NCBI RefSeq assembly: GCF_003334765.1
Contig: NZ_QOWT01000009.1
Reading direction: 5' to 3' (one strand)
Length of the DNA stretch: 64,000 bases
Source of the DNA: Escherichia coli
Lineage (GTDB): Bacteria; Pseudomonadota; Gammaproteobacteria; Enterobacterales; Enterobacteriaceae
This document shows positions 33,326 to 44,489 of this stretch, in pieces. The position numbers were made by a program, and so were the translations under genes. The notes under the pieces were generated by a model. That model worked only from the letters and a program-made list of their open reading frames with translations. It was not told where the DNA came from and did no database searches. The stretch's first letter is position 1; the number at the start of each line of letters is the position of its first letter.

Positions 33326-35550
33326 TATCGTTCTGCCGTGAAAAGTGTTTGAATATCATCGCGTAACAGCTGGGCGTCGGTGTAAATCCAGCCGTGAGTC
33401 ATCACAGTCTGCTGCAATTGCTGCTGCATCAGCCTGACCACCGATTCATTTTGTTGACGCAGAGCCAGACTTTCGCGTAAACGCGTCTGTAATTCCGTCA
33501 AACATGAAGCGAACTCAGCGAAAAAAGTATTCATGCCTGCCGTAACAGATTCATCGACCTGCTCTGCCAGAACTTTAGCCATTTGTTGGCAATAGAGATC
33601 GACTTCTGCGCTTAATGCTCGTTGCAACACACTGTAATCAACCGTTTCTGTCGGTGATTTCTCATTTCCCCGTCCCCAGTCGGGCTGATTCAACCAGCGC
33701 GAAAAAGTCTCACGCACAACGCCTAAACGCGTGCTCTGCTCGTCCGTTGCTTCCTGGCGCGAAATGACTTCACTGAACAGCTGGCGAGTGTTGAAGTGGG
33801 GAACTACGCCGTGAAAAACAGGAAAATGAAACCCAGGACGAAACCCTGACTCGCTCAATTCCATTTTGACTTGTTGCTCAATGGGGCGAATAACATCGGT
33901 TAACACCCGGCAAAGGGTGGATTCAAGCTCGGCAAAACGCAGCGTAAAGTCGCGACTGATGGTGTTCTGCGCCGTCTGTAACAGTGTCTCACAGCGGGTA
34001 CGAATCTCGCTTAACGGCTCCGAATCATCCTGAAACAAGGCGGCTAACTGCACCTTCAGCGCATCTTGCTGTTGACGCAGAAAGTGGTTGGCGGAGGTCA
34101 GGGCCAGCTCGATTTCATGTTTAATCTCGCCGCTCACCTGCGCCTGATTGAGTTGCAATAGCTGCAAACTTTCTTCGATCTGGTGGATATTTTGCCGCAA
34201 TTGTTCACAAGCGACGTTTAACCCGTGCGCACGAAAATCCAGGTATTCCCGCGCCTGCTGCGCGTAATTCAACAGTTTATGCGCGGCAGATCGCAGAGCA
34301 TACAACGAGGCGTTAGCGTAAGCGGCATGAAGCAACGCCTGAATTGGCTGGGCGAACAGCGAATCTTCCCACAACTGATCGGCAGCATGACGAATATGTT
34401 CGAGGTCCGCCAGATCGGCATGACGCCAGCGCCTGCCAAGCGCGGCATGGGCAAAATCTTCCACCCAGCGTTGTTGCTCTGGCGGTGGTAACTTACCGTT
34501 GTTGGCTAACTCATAGCGCGCCCGATTCGCCAGGTAGCCCCACATCGACGACACCGGAAATATCTGCTGTGGCGTAATACAGCCTTTCATCAGCGTCCCG
34601 GAAATCAGTGCCCGCACCTGGTCGGCGTCGTCACTGTTACGATCCTGTTGATCGAACTTATTGACCAGCACGTACAGCGGCACCGATTGCCCCACCGCCA
34701 AAATCGCCTCACGGACCTCTTCATCGGAGATCGATTTCAGTTGCGTATAATCCAGCACCGCCAGTACCGCCGAGGCGCGTGCCAGCTGCTGGTTAAGCAT
34801 TTTTTGCAGATGCGGTTGCCCGGCTTCATTTGGCCCGGGGGTATCCAGTAACGTCAACTGACCGGGATAACTCTCCAGCCCCGCTAGATGGACAAACTCC
34901 ACTTCAATCACGGGAATATGCTCAATGGCGGCGTAAGCAGAAAAAGGAAAATCGACGTCCAGCGCCTTCGCCAGTCGCACTAAATCATTCAAACTTTTCA
35001 GACAATGAAAAATAGGCTGGGCACCCAGATAATATTTTTCGAAAGCGACGCCATTTTCGATCCGCTGCATAAGCGCACGCATATCTTTATCTATTTCCAG
35101 CACATCGGTCAGATGCTTAATATCGCAATCACGCAGGCGCTGTTGTAATTGTTGAATTAAACAATCGATTGGCGCGACATGTGAAAAATGCAGTACCGGT
35201 TCCTTTTGCCCGGGCGTATGGCGAATAAGCGTCGGCAGCGCAGTCATTGGGCGATTACGATTAGGCAGAACCTCCGTACCAACAATGGCATTAATGGTGG
35301 TTGATTTCCCTGCTTTCATGGTACCGACAATTGCAAGCACCATTTCCAGTCGGGAAATTTTACGCAACTCATTATTCAGCATCGCGTGACGTTCGGCGAT
35401 ATTAGGCTGACTCCAGGGTAAAGCCAGTTGTGGCGCGTCGTCTCCGGGTACAGAGAGAGGCATTTTTTCCAGTAACTGCAACTGTTGGCGAGAAAGCTGT
35501 AACAGGCGTTCAGCCTCCTGACTTAACTCATACAGGGTCTGTGTGTACAT
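33322..35550 (-). CDS. crfC: CrfC (YjdA), bacterial dynamin-like GTPase (742 aa)
   Basis: Full ORF; P-loop GTMKAGKSTTINAIVG near N-terminus, long coiled-coil-rich C-terminal region; recognised. Confidence 0.92.
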   Translation of the reverse strand: MYTQTLYELSQEAERLLQLSRQQLQLLEKMPLSVPGDDAPQLALPWSQPNIAERHAMLNNELRKISRLEMVLAIVGTMKAGKSTTINAIVGTEVLPNRNRPMTALPTLIRHTPGQKEPVLHFSHVAPIDCLIQQLQQRLRDCDIKHLTDVLEIDKDMRALMQRIENGVAFEKYYLGAQPIFHCLKSLNDLVRLAKALDVDFPFSAYAAIEHIPVIEVEFVHLAGLESYPGQLTLLDTPGPNEAGQPHLQKMLNQQLARASAVLAVLDYTQLKSISDEEVREAILAVGQSVPLYVLVNKFDQQDRNSDDADQVRALISGTLMKGCITPQQIFPVSSMWGYLANRARYELANNGKLPPPEQQRWVEDFAHAALGRRWRHADLADLEHIRHAADQLWEDSLFAQPIQALLHAAYANASLYALRSAAHKLLNYAQQAREYLDFRAHGLNVACEQLRQNIHQIEESLQLLQLNQAQVSGEIKHEIELALTSANHFLRQQQDALKVQLAALFQDDSEPLSEIRTRCETLLQTAQNTISRDFTLRFAELESTLCRVLTDVIRPIEQQVKMELSESGFRPGFHFPVFHGVVPHFNTRQLFSEVISRQEATDEQSTRLGVVRETFSRWLNQPDWGRGNEKSPTETVDYSVLQRALSAEVDLYCQQMAKVLAEQVDESVTAGMNTFFAEFASCLTELQTRLRESLALRQQNESVVRLMQQQLQQTVMTHGWIYTDAQLLRDDIQTLFTAERY

Positions 35551-35950
35551 AGAAAATTCTTCCTTAAAGCAAATTTTGTTATTTTATTTAGCCAGATTGT
35601 TTTTGAGTTCTGTTTTCGGCTTTTATAATTACTGCAAGAAATAATTTTATATTTAGTGTGTTGTTTTTTATCAGAATAAATAACGTCTTCTGATACGTTT
35701 AAAACGTCAGAAAGATAAAAATATCATGTGAATTAAAAAAAGAACAAGTAGAGCATTAACATTATCTTAAATAATAAATAGAGGCAAAAAGATTATTTTC
35801 TTTTTGCGTTTCCTTTCAAATGAAAACGATCGTCGTCTAAAATCAGCAGTACCCCCGACAAACTCAGGGATTTTGTGTATAATTGCGGCCTTTTTCGGCA
35901 ATCTGCCGTTTTTTGGCGCTTTTGCCCTGCTGACTTTTGAGGAAATCCAC

Positions 35951-36286
35951 ATGTCATTACCACACTGCCCAAAATGCAACTCCGAATACACCTACGAAGA
36001 TAACGGCATGTACATCTGCCCGGAATGTGCCTACGAATGGAACGACGCAGAACCTGCACAGGAAAGCGACGAGCTGATCGTTAAAGATGCTAACGGCAAT
36101 CTGCTGGCTGACGGCGACAGCGTTACCATCATTAAAGATCTGAAGGTGAAAGGTAGCTCTTCGATGCTGAAAATTGGCACCAAAGTGAAAAACATCCGCC
36201 TGGTTGAAGGCGACCATAACATCGATTGCAAAATCGACGGTTTTGGTCCGATGAAACTGAAATCTGAGTTTGTGAAAAAGAACTGA
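35951..36286 (+). CDS. phnA: PhnA (YjdM), small zinc-ribbon protein (111 aa)
   Basis: Start at [30 protein letters not shown] (Cys4 zinc ribbon); track ORF begins 49 codons upstream in non-coding leader. Confidence 0.9.
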
Positions 36287-36295
36287 TTGTATTGT

Positions 36296-36582
<287 letters not shown>

Positions 36583-36643
36583 CTCTCATCTGTATAAATT
36601 TCGAACTACACTTAACTGGCTTCTCTTAACTGAGGTCACCATC

Positions 36644-37087
36644 ATGCCGTTAAGTCCCTACCTCTCTTTTGCCGGTAACTGTTCCGACGCGATTGCCTAT
36701 TATCAACGTACGTTGGGCGCGGAACTGCTCTATAAAATCAGCTTCGGCGAAATGCCAAAATCAGCGCAGGACAGCGCCGAGAACTGCCCTTCCGGAATGC
36801 AATTTCCCGATACCGCCATCGCCCACGCCAATGTGCGCATTGCCGGAAGCGACATCATGATGAGCGATGCCATGCCGTCAGGAAAAGCCAGCTACTCCGG
36901 CTTTACGCTGGTGCTCGATTCGCAACAGGTCGAAGAAGGAAAACGCTGGTTTGACAATCTTGCCGCTAACGGAAAAATCGAAATGGCCTGGCAGGAAACT
37001 TTCTGGGCGCATGGCTTTGGCAAAGTCACCGATAAATTTGGCGTACCGTGGATGATTAATGTCGTCAAACAACAACCAACGCAATAA
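36644..37087 (+). CDS. phnB: PhnB (YjdN), VOC/glyoxalase-fold protein (147 aa)
   Basis: Full ORF with SD; recognised. Confidence 0.88.
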   Translation: MPLSPYLSFAGNCSDAIAYYQRTLGAELLYKISFGEMPKSAQDSAENCPSGMQFPDTAIAHANVRIAGSDIMMSDAMPSGKASYSGFTLVLDSQQVEEGKRWFDNLAANGKIEMAWQETFWAHGFGKVTDKFGVPWMINVVKQQPTQ

Positions 37088-37142
37088 CCCGCCGGGAGGC
37101 CCGCCCTCCCGCACTGTCATCGAATTCCCGTTAACTCTTCAT

Positions 37143-37175
37143 CTGTTAGTCACTTTTAATTAACCAAATCGTCAC
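37143..37175 (+). promoter_or_regulatory. Putative Pho box (PhoB binding repeats) of the phnC promoter
   Basis: 11-bp phased repeats ctgttagtcac / ttttaattaac / caaatcgtcac about 45-75 nt upstream of phnC ATG; resembles CTGTCAT-N4 direct repeats. Confidence 0.55.
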
Positions 37176-37219
37176 AATAATCCGCCACGATGGAGCCACT
37201 TTTTTAGGGAGGCTGCATC

Positions 37220-38008
37220 ATGCAAACGATTATCCGTGTCGAGAAGCTCGCCAAAACCTTCAATCAGCATCAGGCGCTGCATGCGGTTGATCTGAACATT
37301 CATCACGGTGAAATGGTGGCTCTGCTTGGGCCGTCGGGTTCCGGAAAATCCACCCTTTTACGTCACTTAAGCGGTTTGATTACCGGCGATAAATCTGTCG
37401 GTAGCCATATCGAGCTGCTGGGCCGCACAGTCCAGCGCGAAGGCCGCCTGGCCCGCGATATCCGCAAAAGCCGCGCCCATACCGGCTACATATTCCAACA
37501 ATTCAACCTGGTGAACCGCCTGAGCGTACTGGAGAACGTGCTGATTGGCGCGCTCGGCAGCACGCCGTTCTGGCGCACCTGTTTTAGCTGGTTCACCGGC
37601 GAGCAGAAACAGCGCGCGTTACAGGCGCTGACCCGCGTTGGCATGGTGCATTTTGCCCATCAGCGCGTTTCCACCCTCTCCGGCGGCCAGCAGCAACGTG
37701 TGGCGATTGCCCGTGCGCTGATGCAGCAGGCGAAAGTGATTCTGGCCGATGAACCCATCGCCTCGCTGGACCCAGAATCAGCGCGCATCGTGATGGACAC
37801 CCTGCGCGACATCAACCAGAACGACGGCATCACCGTGGTCGTCACGCTGCATCAGGTGGATTACGCCCTGCGCTACTGCGAACGCATCGTCGCCCTGCGC
37901 CAGGGGCACGTCTTCTACGACGGCAGCAGCCAACAGTTTGATAACGAACGTTTTGACCATCTCTACCGCAGCATTAACCGCGTCGAAGAGAACGCGAAAG
38001 CTGCCTGA
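37220..38008 (+). CDS. phnC: Phosphonate ABC transporter ATP-binding protein PhnC (262 aa)
   Basis: Walker [13 protein letters not shown] signature LSGGQQQR, Walker B ILADEP. Confidence 0.96.
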   Translation: MQTIIRVEKLAKTFNQHQALHAVDLNIHHGEMVALLGPSGSGKSTLLRHLSGLITGDKSVGSHIELLGRTVQREGRLARDIRKSRAHTGYIFQQFNLVNRLSVLENVLIGALGSTPFWRTCFSWFTGEQKQRALQALTRVGMVHFAHQRVSTLSGGQQQRVAIARALMQQAKVILADEPIASLDPESARIVMDTLRDINQNDGITVVVTLHQVDYALRYCERIVALRQGHVFYDGSSQQFDNERFDHLYRSINRVEENAKAA

Positions 38009-38032
38009 CATCCCCATCATTGAGGAAAACGA

Positions 38033-39049
38033 ATGAACGCTAAGATAATTGCCTCGCTGGCCTTCACCAGCATGTTCAGCCTCAGCACCCTGTTAAGCCC
38101 GGCGCACGCCGAAGAGCAGGAAAAGGCGTTGAATTTCGGCATTATTTCAACGGAATCACAGCAAAACCTGAAACCGCAATGGACGCCGTTCTTGCAGGAT
38201 ATGGAGAAGAAGCTGGGCGTGAAGGTCAACGCCTTCTTTGCCCCGGACTACGCGGGCATTATCCAGGGGATGCGCTTCAATAAAGTGGATATCGCCTGGT
38301 ACGGCAATCTGTCGGCGATGGAAGCGGTGGATCGCGCCAATGGCCAGGTCTTCGCCCAGACGGTCGCGGCGGATGGATCGCCGGGTTACTGGAGCGTGTT
38401 GATCGTCAACAAAGACAGTCCGATCAACAACCTGAACGATCTGCTGGCGAAGCGGAAAGATCTCACCTTTGGCAATGGCGATCCTAACTCCACCTCTGGC
38501 TTCCTCGTCCCCGGCTACTACGTCTTCGCCAAAAACAATATCTCCGCCAGCGACTTCAAGCGCACCGTCAACGCCGGGCATGAAACCAACGCGCTGGCCG
38601 TCGCCAACAAGCAGGTGGATGTTGCCACCAACAACACCGAAAACCTCGACAAGCTGAAAACCTCCGCGCCAGAGAAGCTGAAAGAACTGAAGGTGATCTG
38701 GAAGTCGCCGCTGATCCCAGGCGATCCGATCGTCTGGCGCAAGAATCTTTCCGAAACCACCAAAGACAAGATCTACGACTTCTTTATGAACTACGGCAAA
38801 ACGCCGGAAGAAAAAGCGGTGCTGGAACGCCTGGGCTGGGCGCCATTCCGCGCTTCCAGCGACCTGCAACTGGTGCCGATTCGCCAGCTCGCGCTGTTTA
38901 AAGAGATGCAGGGCGTGAAAAGCAATAAAGGACTGAATGAGCAGGACAAGCTGGCAAAAACCACCGAGATTCAGGCGCAGCTGGATGACCTGGACCGCCT
39001 GAACAACGCGCTAAGCGCGATGAGTTCGGTGAGTAAAGCGGTGCAGTAA
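38033..39049 (+). CDS. phnD: Phosphonate ABC transporter periplasmic binding protein PhnD (338 aa)
   Basis: N-terminal signal peptide ending AHA-EE; recognised. Confidence 0.96.
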   Translation: MNAKIIASLAFTSMFSLSTLLSPAHAEEQEKALNFGIISTESQQNLKPQWTPFLQDMEKKLGVKVNAFFAPDYAGIIQGMRFNKVDIAWYGNLSAMEAVDRANGQVFAQTVAADGSPGYWSVLIVNKDSPINNLNDLLAKRKDLTFGNGDPNSTSGFLVPGYYVFAKNNISASDFKRTVNAGHETNALAVANKQVDVATNNTENLDKLKTSAPEKLKELKVIWKSPLIPGDPIVWRKNLSETTKDKIYDFFMNYGKTPEEKAVLERLGWAPFRASSDLQLVPIRQLALFKEMQGVKSNKGLNEQDKLAKTTEIQAQLDDLDRLNNALSAMSSVSKAVQ

Positions 39050-39052
39050 ATC

Positions 39053-39141
39053 GTAGGTCGGATAAGACGCCCCGGCGTCGCATCCGACAATGTGCAGGCG
39101 TTGATGCCGGATGCGGTGCAAGCACCTTATCCGGCCTACAG
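39053..39141. repeat. REP pair (BIME) between phnD and phnE
   Basis: taggtcggataagacgc...gcgtcgcatccgaca and gatgccggatgcggtgcaagcaccttatccggcctac. Confidence 0.85.
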
Positions 39142-39154
39142 ACCGGAGCCAAAC

Positions 39155-39942
39155 ATGCAAACCATCACCATCGCCCCACCCAAGCGCAGCTGGTTCTCGC
39201 TTCTGAGCTGGGCCGTTGTACTCGCCGTGTTGGTCGTCTCGTGGCAGGGCGCGGAAATGGCCCCGCTTACGCTGATCAAAGACGGCGGCAACATGGCGAC
39301 GTTCGCCGCCGACTTCTTCCCGCCCGATTTCAGCCAGTGGCAGGATTACCTCACCGAAATGGCCGTCACGCTGCAAATCGCCGTCTGGGGCACCGCGCTG
39401 GCGGTGGTTCTCTCCATCCCCTTTGGCCTGATGAGCGCCGAAAACCTGGTGCCGTGGTGGGTTTACCAGCCCGTTCGCCGCCTGATGGACGCCTGCCGCG
39501 CCATTAACGAAATGGTCTTCGCCATGCTGTTCGTGGTCGCCGTCGGCCTCGGCCCGTTCGCTGGCGTGCTGGCGTGCTGGCGCTGTTTATCCACACCACC
39601 GGCGTGCTCTCCAAGCTGCTTTCCGAAGCGGTGGAAGCGATTGAACCCGGCCCGGTGGAAGGCATTCGCGCCACCGGTGCCAACAAGCTCGAAGAGATCC
39701 TCTACGGCGTGCTGCCACAGGTGATGCCACTGCTGATCTCCTACTCCCTCTATCGCTTCGAATCCAACGTCCGCTCGGCGACCGTCGTCGGCATGGTCGG
39801 CGCAGGCGGGATCGGCGTCACCCTGTGGGAAGCGATTCGCGGTTTCCAGTTCCAACAAACCTGCGCCCTGATGGTGCTTATCATCGTCACGGTCAGCCTG
39901 CTGGATTTCCTCTCTCAACGGTTGCGTAAGCACTTTATCTGA
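39155..39942 (+). pseudogene. phnE: phnE, phosphonate ABC transporter permease, disrupted by a frameshift (8-bp tandem duplication at 39560-39575)
   Basis: Frame A (39155-39724) encodes the N-terminal 139 aa then runs into nonsense; frame B continues ...[13 protein letters not shown]... to 39942; mentally removing one gctggcgt copy restores a single ORF. Confidence 0.88.
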
Positions 39943-39962
39943 TAAGCGAGGCATTGATATCT

Positions 39963-40688
39963 ATGCACTTGTCTACACATCCGACCAGCTACCCAACACG
40001 CTATCAAGAGATAGCCGCAAAACTTGAGCAGGAGCTTCGTCAACACTACCGCTGCGGCGACTATCTTCCCGCCGAGCAGCAACTGGCAGCGCGCTTTGAG
40101 GTGAATCGCCACACCCTGCGCCGCGCCATCGACCAACTGGTGGAAAAAGGCTGGGTACAGCGCCGTCAGGGCGTCGGCGTGCTGGTGCTGATGCGCCCGT
40201 TCGATTACCCGCTCAACGCCCAGGCGCGTTTTAGCCAGAATCTGCTGGATCAGGGCAGCCATCCCACCAGCGAAAAACTGCTTTCGGTATTGCGCCCCGC
40301 GTCCGGCCACGTCGCTGACGCACTGGGGATTACCGAGGGGGAGAACGTCATCCACCTGCGCACCCTGCGTCGTGTCAACGGCGTCGCGCTCTGTTTAATC
40401 GACCACTACTTCGCGGACCTCACCCTCTGGCCGACGCTGCAACGCTTCGACAGCGGCTCGCTGCACGATTTTCTGCGCGAGCAAACCGGAATTGCGCTGC
40501 GCCGCAGCCAGACGCGGATCAGCGCCCGCCGCGCCCAGGCCAAAGAGTGCCAGCGTCTTGAAATCCCGAATATGTCGCCGCTGCTGTGCGTGCGCACCCT
40601 TAACCACCGTGACGGTGAAAGCAGCCCGGCGGAGTACTCCGTCAGCCTGACGCGCGCCGACATGATTGAATTCACTATGGAGCACTGA
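39963..40688 (+). CDS. phnF: GntR-family regulator PhnF (241 aa)
   Basis: Start at MHLSTHPTSY; N-terminal GntR HTH. Confidence 0.93.
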   Translation: MHLSTHPTSYPTRYQEIAAKLEQELRQHYRCGDYLPAEQQLAARFEVNRHTLRRAIDQLVEKGWVQRRQGVGVLVLMRPFDYPLNAQARFSQNLLDQGSHPTSEKLLSVLRPASGHVADALGITEGENVIHLRTLRRVNGVALCLIDHYFADLTLWPTLQRFDSGSLHDFLREQTGIALRRSQTRISARRAQAKECQRLEIPNMSPLLCVRTLNHRDGESSPAEYSVSLTRADMIEFTMEH

Positions 40689-41141
40689 ATGCACGCAGAT
40701 ACCGCGACCCGCCAGCACTGGATGTCCGTGCTGGCGCACAGCCAACCGGCTGAACTGGCAGCACGCCTGAACGCGCTAAACATCACCGCCGACTATGAGG
40801 TGATCCGCGCCGCTGAAACTGGCCTGGTACAGATTCAGGCGCGGATGGGCGGCACCGGCGAACGTTTTTTTGCCGGCGACGCCACGCTGACCCGCGCCGC
40901 CGTGCGCCTGACTGACGGCACGCTCGGCTACAGCTGGGTGCAGGGGCGTGATAAACAGCACGCCGAACGCTGCGCGCTGATTGACGCGCTGATGCAGCAA
41001 TCTCGCCACTTTCAAAACTTATCAGAAACCCTTATTGCCCCGCTGGACGCTGACCGTATGACACGCATTGCCGCACGCCAGGCCGAAGTGAACGCCAGCC
41101 GGGTCGACTTCTTTACGATGGTTCGCGGAGACAACGCATGA
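40689..41141 (+). CDS. phnG: C-P lyase core complex subunit PhnG (150 aa)
   Basis: Full ORF; recognised; operon position. Confidence 0.95.
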
Positions 41142-41722
41142 CCCTGGAAACCGCTTTTATGCTTCCCGTGCAGGATGCCCAGCACAGTTTTCGTCGCCTG
41201 TTAAAGGCCATGAGCGAGCCGGGCGTGATTGTCGCCCTGCATCAGCTCAAACGCGGCTGGCAACCGCTGAATATCGCCACCACCAGCGTGCTGCTGACGC
41301 TGGCCGATAACGACACGCCGGTGTGGCTTTCTACCCCATTAAATAACGATATCGTCAACCAGAGCCTGCGTTTTCATACCAACGCGCCGCTGGTCAGCCA
41401 GCCGGAACAGGCGACCTTCGCGGTGACGGATGAGGCGATTTCCAGCGAACAGCTCAACGCCCTTTCCACCGGCACCGCCGTTGCGCCGGAAGCGGGTGCG
41501 ACGCTGATTTTACAGGTCGCCAGCCTGAGCGGCGGACGCATGTTGCGCCTTACTGGTGCGGGTATTGCCGAAGAACGAATGATCGCTCCGCAGCTGCCGG
41601 AGTGCATTCTGCACGAACTCACCGAGCGCCCGCATCCGTTCCCGCTCGGCATCGACCTGATCCTGACCTGTGGCGAGCGCCTGCTGGCTATTCCGCGAAC
41701 CACTCATGTGGAGGTGTGCTGA
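41138..41722 (+). CDS. phnH: C-P lyase core complex subunit PhnH (194 aa)
   Basis: ATGA overlap with phnG; recognised. Confidence 0.95.
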
Positions 41723-42786
41723 TGTACGTTGCCGTGAAAGGGGGCGAGAAGGCGATCGACGCCGCCCACGCCCTGCAAGAGAGCCGACGCCGAGGCGATA
41801 CCGATTTGCCCGAACTGAGCGTCGCCCAGATTGAACAGCAGCTTAACCTCGCGGTAGATCGCGTGATGACCGAAGGCGGCATTGCCGACCGCGAACTGGC
41901 GGCGCTGGCGCTGAAACAGGCCAGCGGCGATAACGTTGAAGCGATTTTCCTGCTGCGCGCCTACCGCACCACGTTGGCGAAGCTGGCGGTAAGCGAGCCG
42001 CTCGACACCACCGGGATGCGTCTCGAACGCCGTATCTCCGCCGTTTATAAAGACATTCCCGGCGGCCAGCTGCTTGGCCCAACCTACGACTACACCCATC
42101 GCCTGCTCGATTTTACCCTGCTGGCAAACGGCGAAGCGCCGACGCTGACCACCGCCGACAGCGAACAGCAGCCGTCGCCGCACGTTTTCAGCCTGCTGGC
42201 GCGTCAGGGGCTGGCGAAGTTTGAAGAGGATAGCGGCGCACAGCCGGATGACATCACCCGCACGCCGCCGGTTTACCCCTGCTCACGCTCCTCCCGTTTG
42301 CAGCAGTTGATGCGCGGCGACGAAGGCTATTTGCTGGCGCTGGCCTACTCCACCCAACGCGGTTACGGGCGCAATCACCCGTTCGCAGGCGAGATCCGCA
42401 GCGGCTATATCGACGTGTCGATTGTGCCGGAAGAGCTGGGATTTGCGGTGAACGTCGGCGAACTGCTGATGACTGAGTGTGAAATGGTTAACGGTTTTAT
42501 CGACCCGCCGGGTGAGCCGCCGCACTTCACGCGCGGCTACGGGCTGGTGTTCGGCATGAGCGAGCGCAAAGCGATGGCGATGGCGCTGGTCGACCGCGCT
42601 CTGCAAGCCCCGGAGTACGGCGAGCACGCGACAGGCCCGGCGCAGGATGAAGAGTTCGTGCTGGCACATGCCGACAACGTCGAAGCCGCAGGCTTTGTCT
42701 CACACCTCAAACTCCCCCACTACGTCGATTTCCAGGCCGAACTGGAGCTACTCAAACGTCTGCAACAGGAGCAGAACCATGGCTAA
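41722..42786 (+). CDS. phnI: C-P lyase subunit PhnI (354 aa)
   Basis: Start at [13 protein letters not shown] overlapping phnH stop (TGATG); track ORF has spurious 40-codon upstream extension. Confidence 0.94.
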   Translation: MYVAVKGGEKAIDAAHALQESRRRGDTDLPELSVAQIEQQLNLAVDRVMTEGGIADRELAALALKQASGDNVEAIFLLRAYRTTLAKLAVSEPLDTTGMRLERRISAVYKDIPGGQLLGPTYDYTHRLLDFTLLANGEAPTLTTADSEQQPSPHVFSLLARQGLAKFEEDSGAQPDDITRTPPVYPCSRSSRLQQLMRGDEGYLLALAYSTQRGYGRNHPFAGEIRSGYIDVSIVPEELGFAVNVGELLMTECEMVNGFIDPPGEPPHFTRGYGLVFGMSERKAMAMALVDRALQAPEYGEHATGPAQDEEFVLAHADNVEAAGFVSHLKLPHYVDFQAELELLKRLQQEQNHG

Positions 42787-43624
42787 TCTGAGCGGCTACA
42801 ACTTTGCCTACCTCGACGAGCAGACCAAACGCATGATCCGCCGCGCCATCTTAAAAGCGGTGGCGATCCCCGGTTATCAGGTGCCGTTTGGCGGGCGCGA
42901 GATGCCGATGCCGTACGGCTGGGGAACCGGCGGCATTCAGCTTACCGCCAGCGTGATTGGCGAAAGCGACGTGCTGAAGGTGATTGACCAGGGCGCGGAT
43001 GACACCACCAACGCCGTGTCGATTCGCAACTTCTTCAAGCGCGTGACCGGGGTAAACACCACGGAACGTACGGACGATGCGACGGTTATCCAGACGCGTC
43101 ACCGCATCCCCGAAACGCCGCTGACCGAAGATCAGATAATTATCTTCCAGGTGCCAATCCCCGAGCCGCTGCGCTTTATCGAGCCGCGCGAAACGGAAAC
43201 CCGCACCATGCACGCGCTGGAAGAGTACGGCGTGATGCAGGTGAAACTGTATGAAGATATCGCCCGCTTCGGTCATATCGCCACCACCTACGCCTATCCG
43301 GTGAAGGTAAATGGGCGCTACGTGATGGACCCGTCGCCGATCCCGAAATTCGATAACCCAAAAATGGACATGATGCCCGCCCTGCAACTGTTCGGCGCGG
43401 GGCGCGAGAAGCGCATCTATGCGGTGCCGCCGTTTACCCGCGTGGAAAGTCTCGATTTCGACGATCACCCGTTCACCGTTCAGCAGTGGGATGAGCCATG
43501 CGCCATCTGCGGATCGACCCACAGCTATCTTGATGAAGTGGTGCTGGATGACGCCGGAAACCGCATGTTTGTCTGCTCCGATACCGATTATTGCCGCCAA
43601 CAGAGCGAGGCAAAAAACCAATGA
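42779..43624 (+). CDS. phnJ: C-P lyase catalytic subunit PhnJ (radical SAM-like, 281 aa)
   Basis: Start at MANLSGYNFAYLDEQ; C-terminal Cys cluster (CAICGS...C...C); track ORF extended upstream. Confidence 0.94.
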   Translation: MANLSGYNFAYLDEQTKRMIRRAILKAVAIPGYQVPFGGREMPMPYGWGTGGIQLTASVIGESDVLKVIDQGADDTTNAVSIRNFFKRVTGVNTTERTDDATVIQTRHRIPETPLTEDQIIIFQVPIPEPLRFIEPRETETRTMHALEEYGVMQVKLYEDIARFGHIATTYAYPVKVNGRYVMDPSPIPKFDNPKMDMMPALQLFGAGREKRIYAVPPFTRVESLDFDDHPFTVQQWDEPCAICGSTHSYLDEVVLDDAGNRMFVCSDTDYCRQQSEAKNQ

Positions 43625-44379
43625 ATCAACCGTTACTTTCGGTCAATAACCTGACCCACCTTTACGCGCCGGGCAAAGGCTTTAGCGATGTCTCTTTTGA
43701 TTTATGGCCGGGGGAAGTGCTGGGCATTGTCGGGGAATCCGGCTCCGGGAAGACCACGCTGCTGAAGTCGATCTCCGCGCGCCTGACGCCGCAGCAGGGG
43801 GAAATTCACTACGAGAACCGTTCGCTGTATGCAATGAGCGAGGCCGACCGCCGTCGCCTGCTGCGTACCGAATGGGGCGTGGTGCATCAGCATCCACTCG
43901 ACGGCCTGCGCCGCCAGGTGTCGGCGGGCGGCAATATCGGCGAGCGGCTGATGGCGACCGGGGCACGTCATTACGGCGATATTCGTGCCACCGCGCAGAA
44001 GTGGCTGGAAGAGGTGGAGATTCCCGCCAACCGGATCGACGACCTGCCGACCACCTTTTCCGGCGGTATGCAGCAGCGTTTGCAGATTGCCCGCAACCTG
44101 GTGACGCATCCGAAGCTGGTGTTTATGGATGAACCGACCGGCGGGCTGGATGTGTCGGTGCAGGCCCGCCTGCTCGACCTGCTGCGCGGCCTGGTGGTGG
44201 AGCTGAACCTCGCGGTGGTGATTGTCACCCATGATTTAGGCGTCGCCCGCCTGCTGGCGGACCGTTTGCTGGTGATGAAGCAGGGGCAAGTGGTGGAGAG
44301 TGGGTTAACCGACCGCGTGCTCGACGACCCGCATCATCCGTATACACAGCTGCTGGTGTCATCGGTTTTGCAGAATTGA
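43621..44379 (+). CDS. phnK: ABC-type ATPase PhnK (252 aa)
   Basis: Start at [11 protein letters not shown]; Walker [10 protein letters not shown]. Confidence 0.94.
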
Positions 44380-44382
44380 GCC

Positions 44383-44470
<88 letters not shown>

Positions 44471-44489
44471 CCGAACCACGAGGCGAAAA

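Noticed and set aside
39092-39942. Two separate genes (210-aa and 122-aa ORFs) at the phnE position
   Set aside because: They are two frames of one permease gene split by an 8-bp duplication; the upstream part of the first ORF (39092-39154) lies inside a REP element and is not coding.
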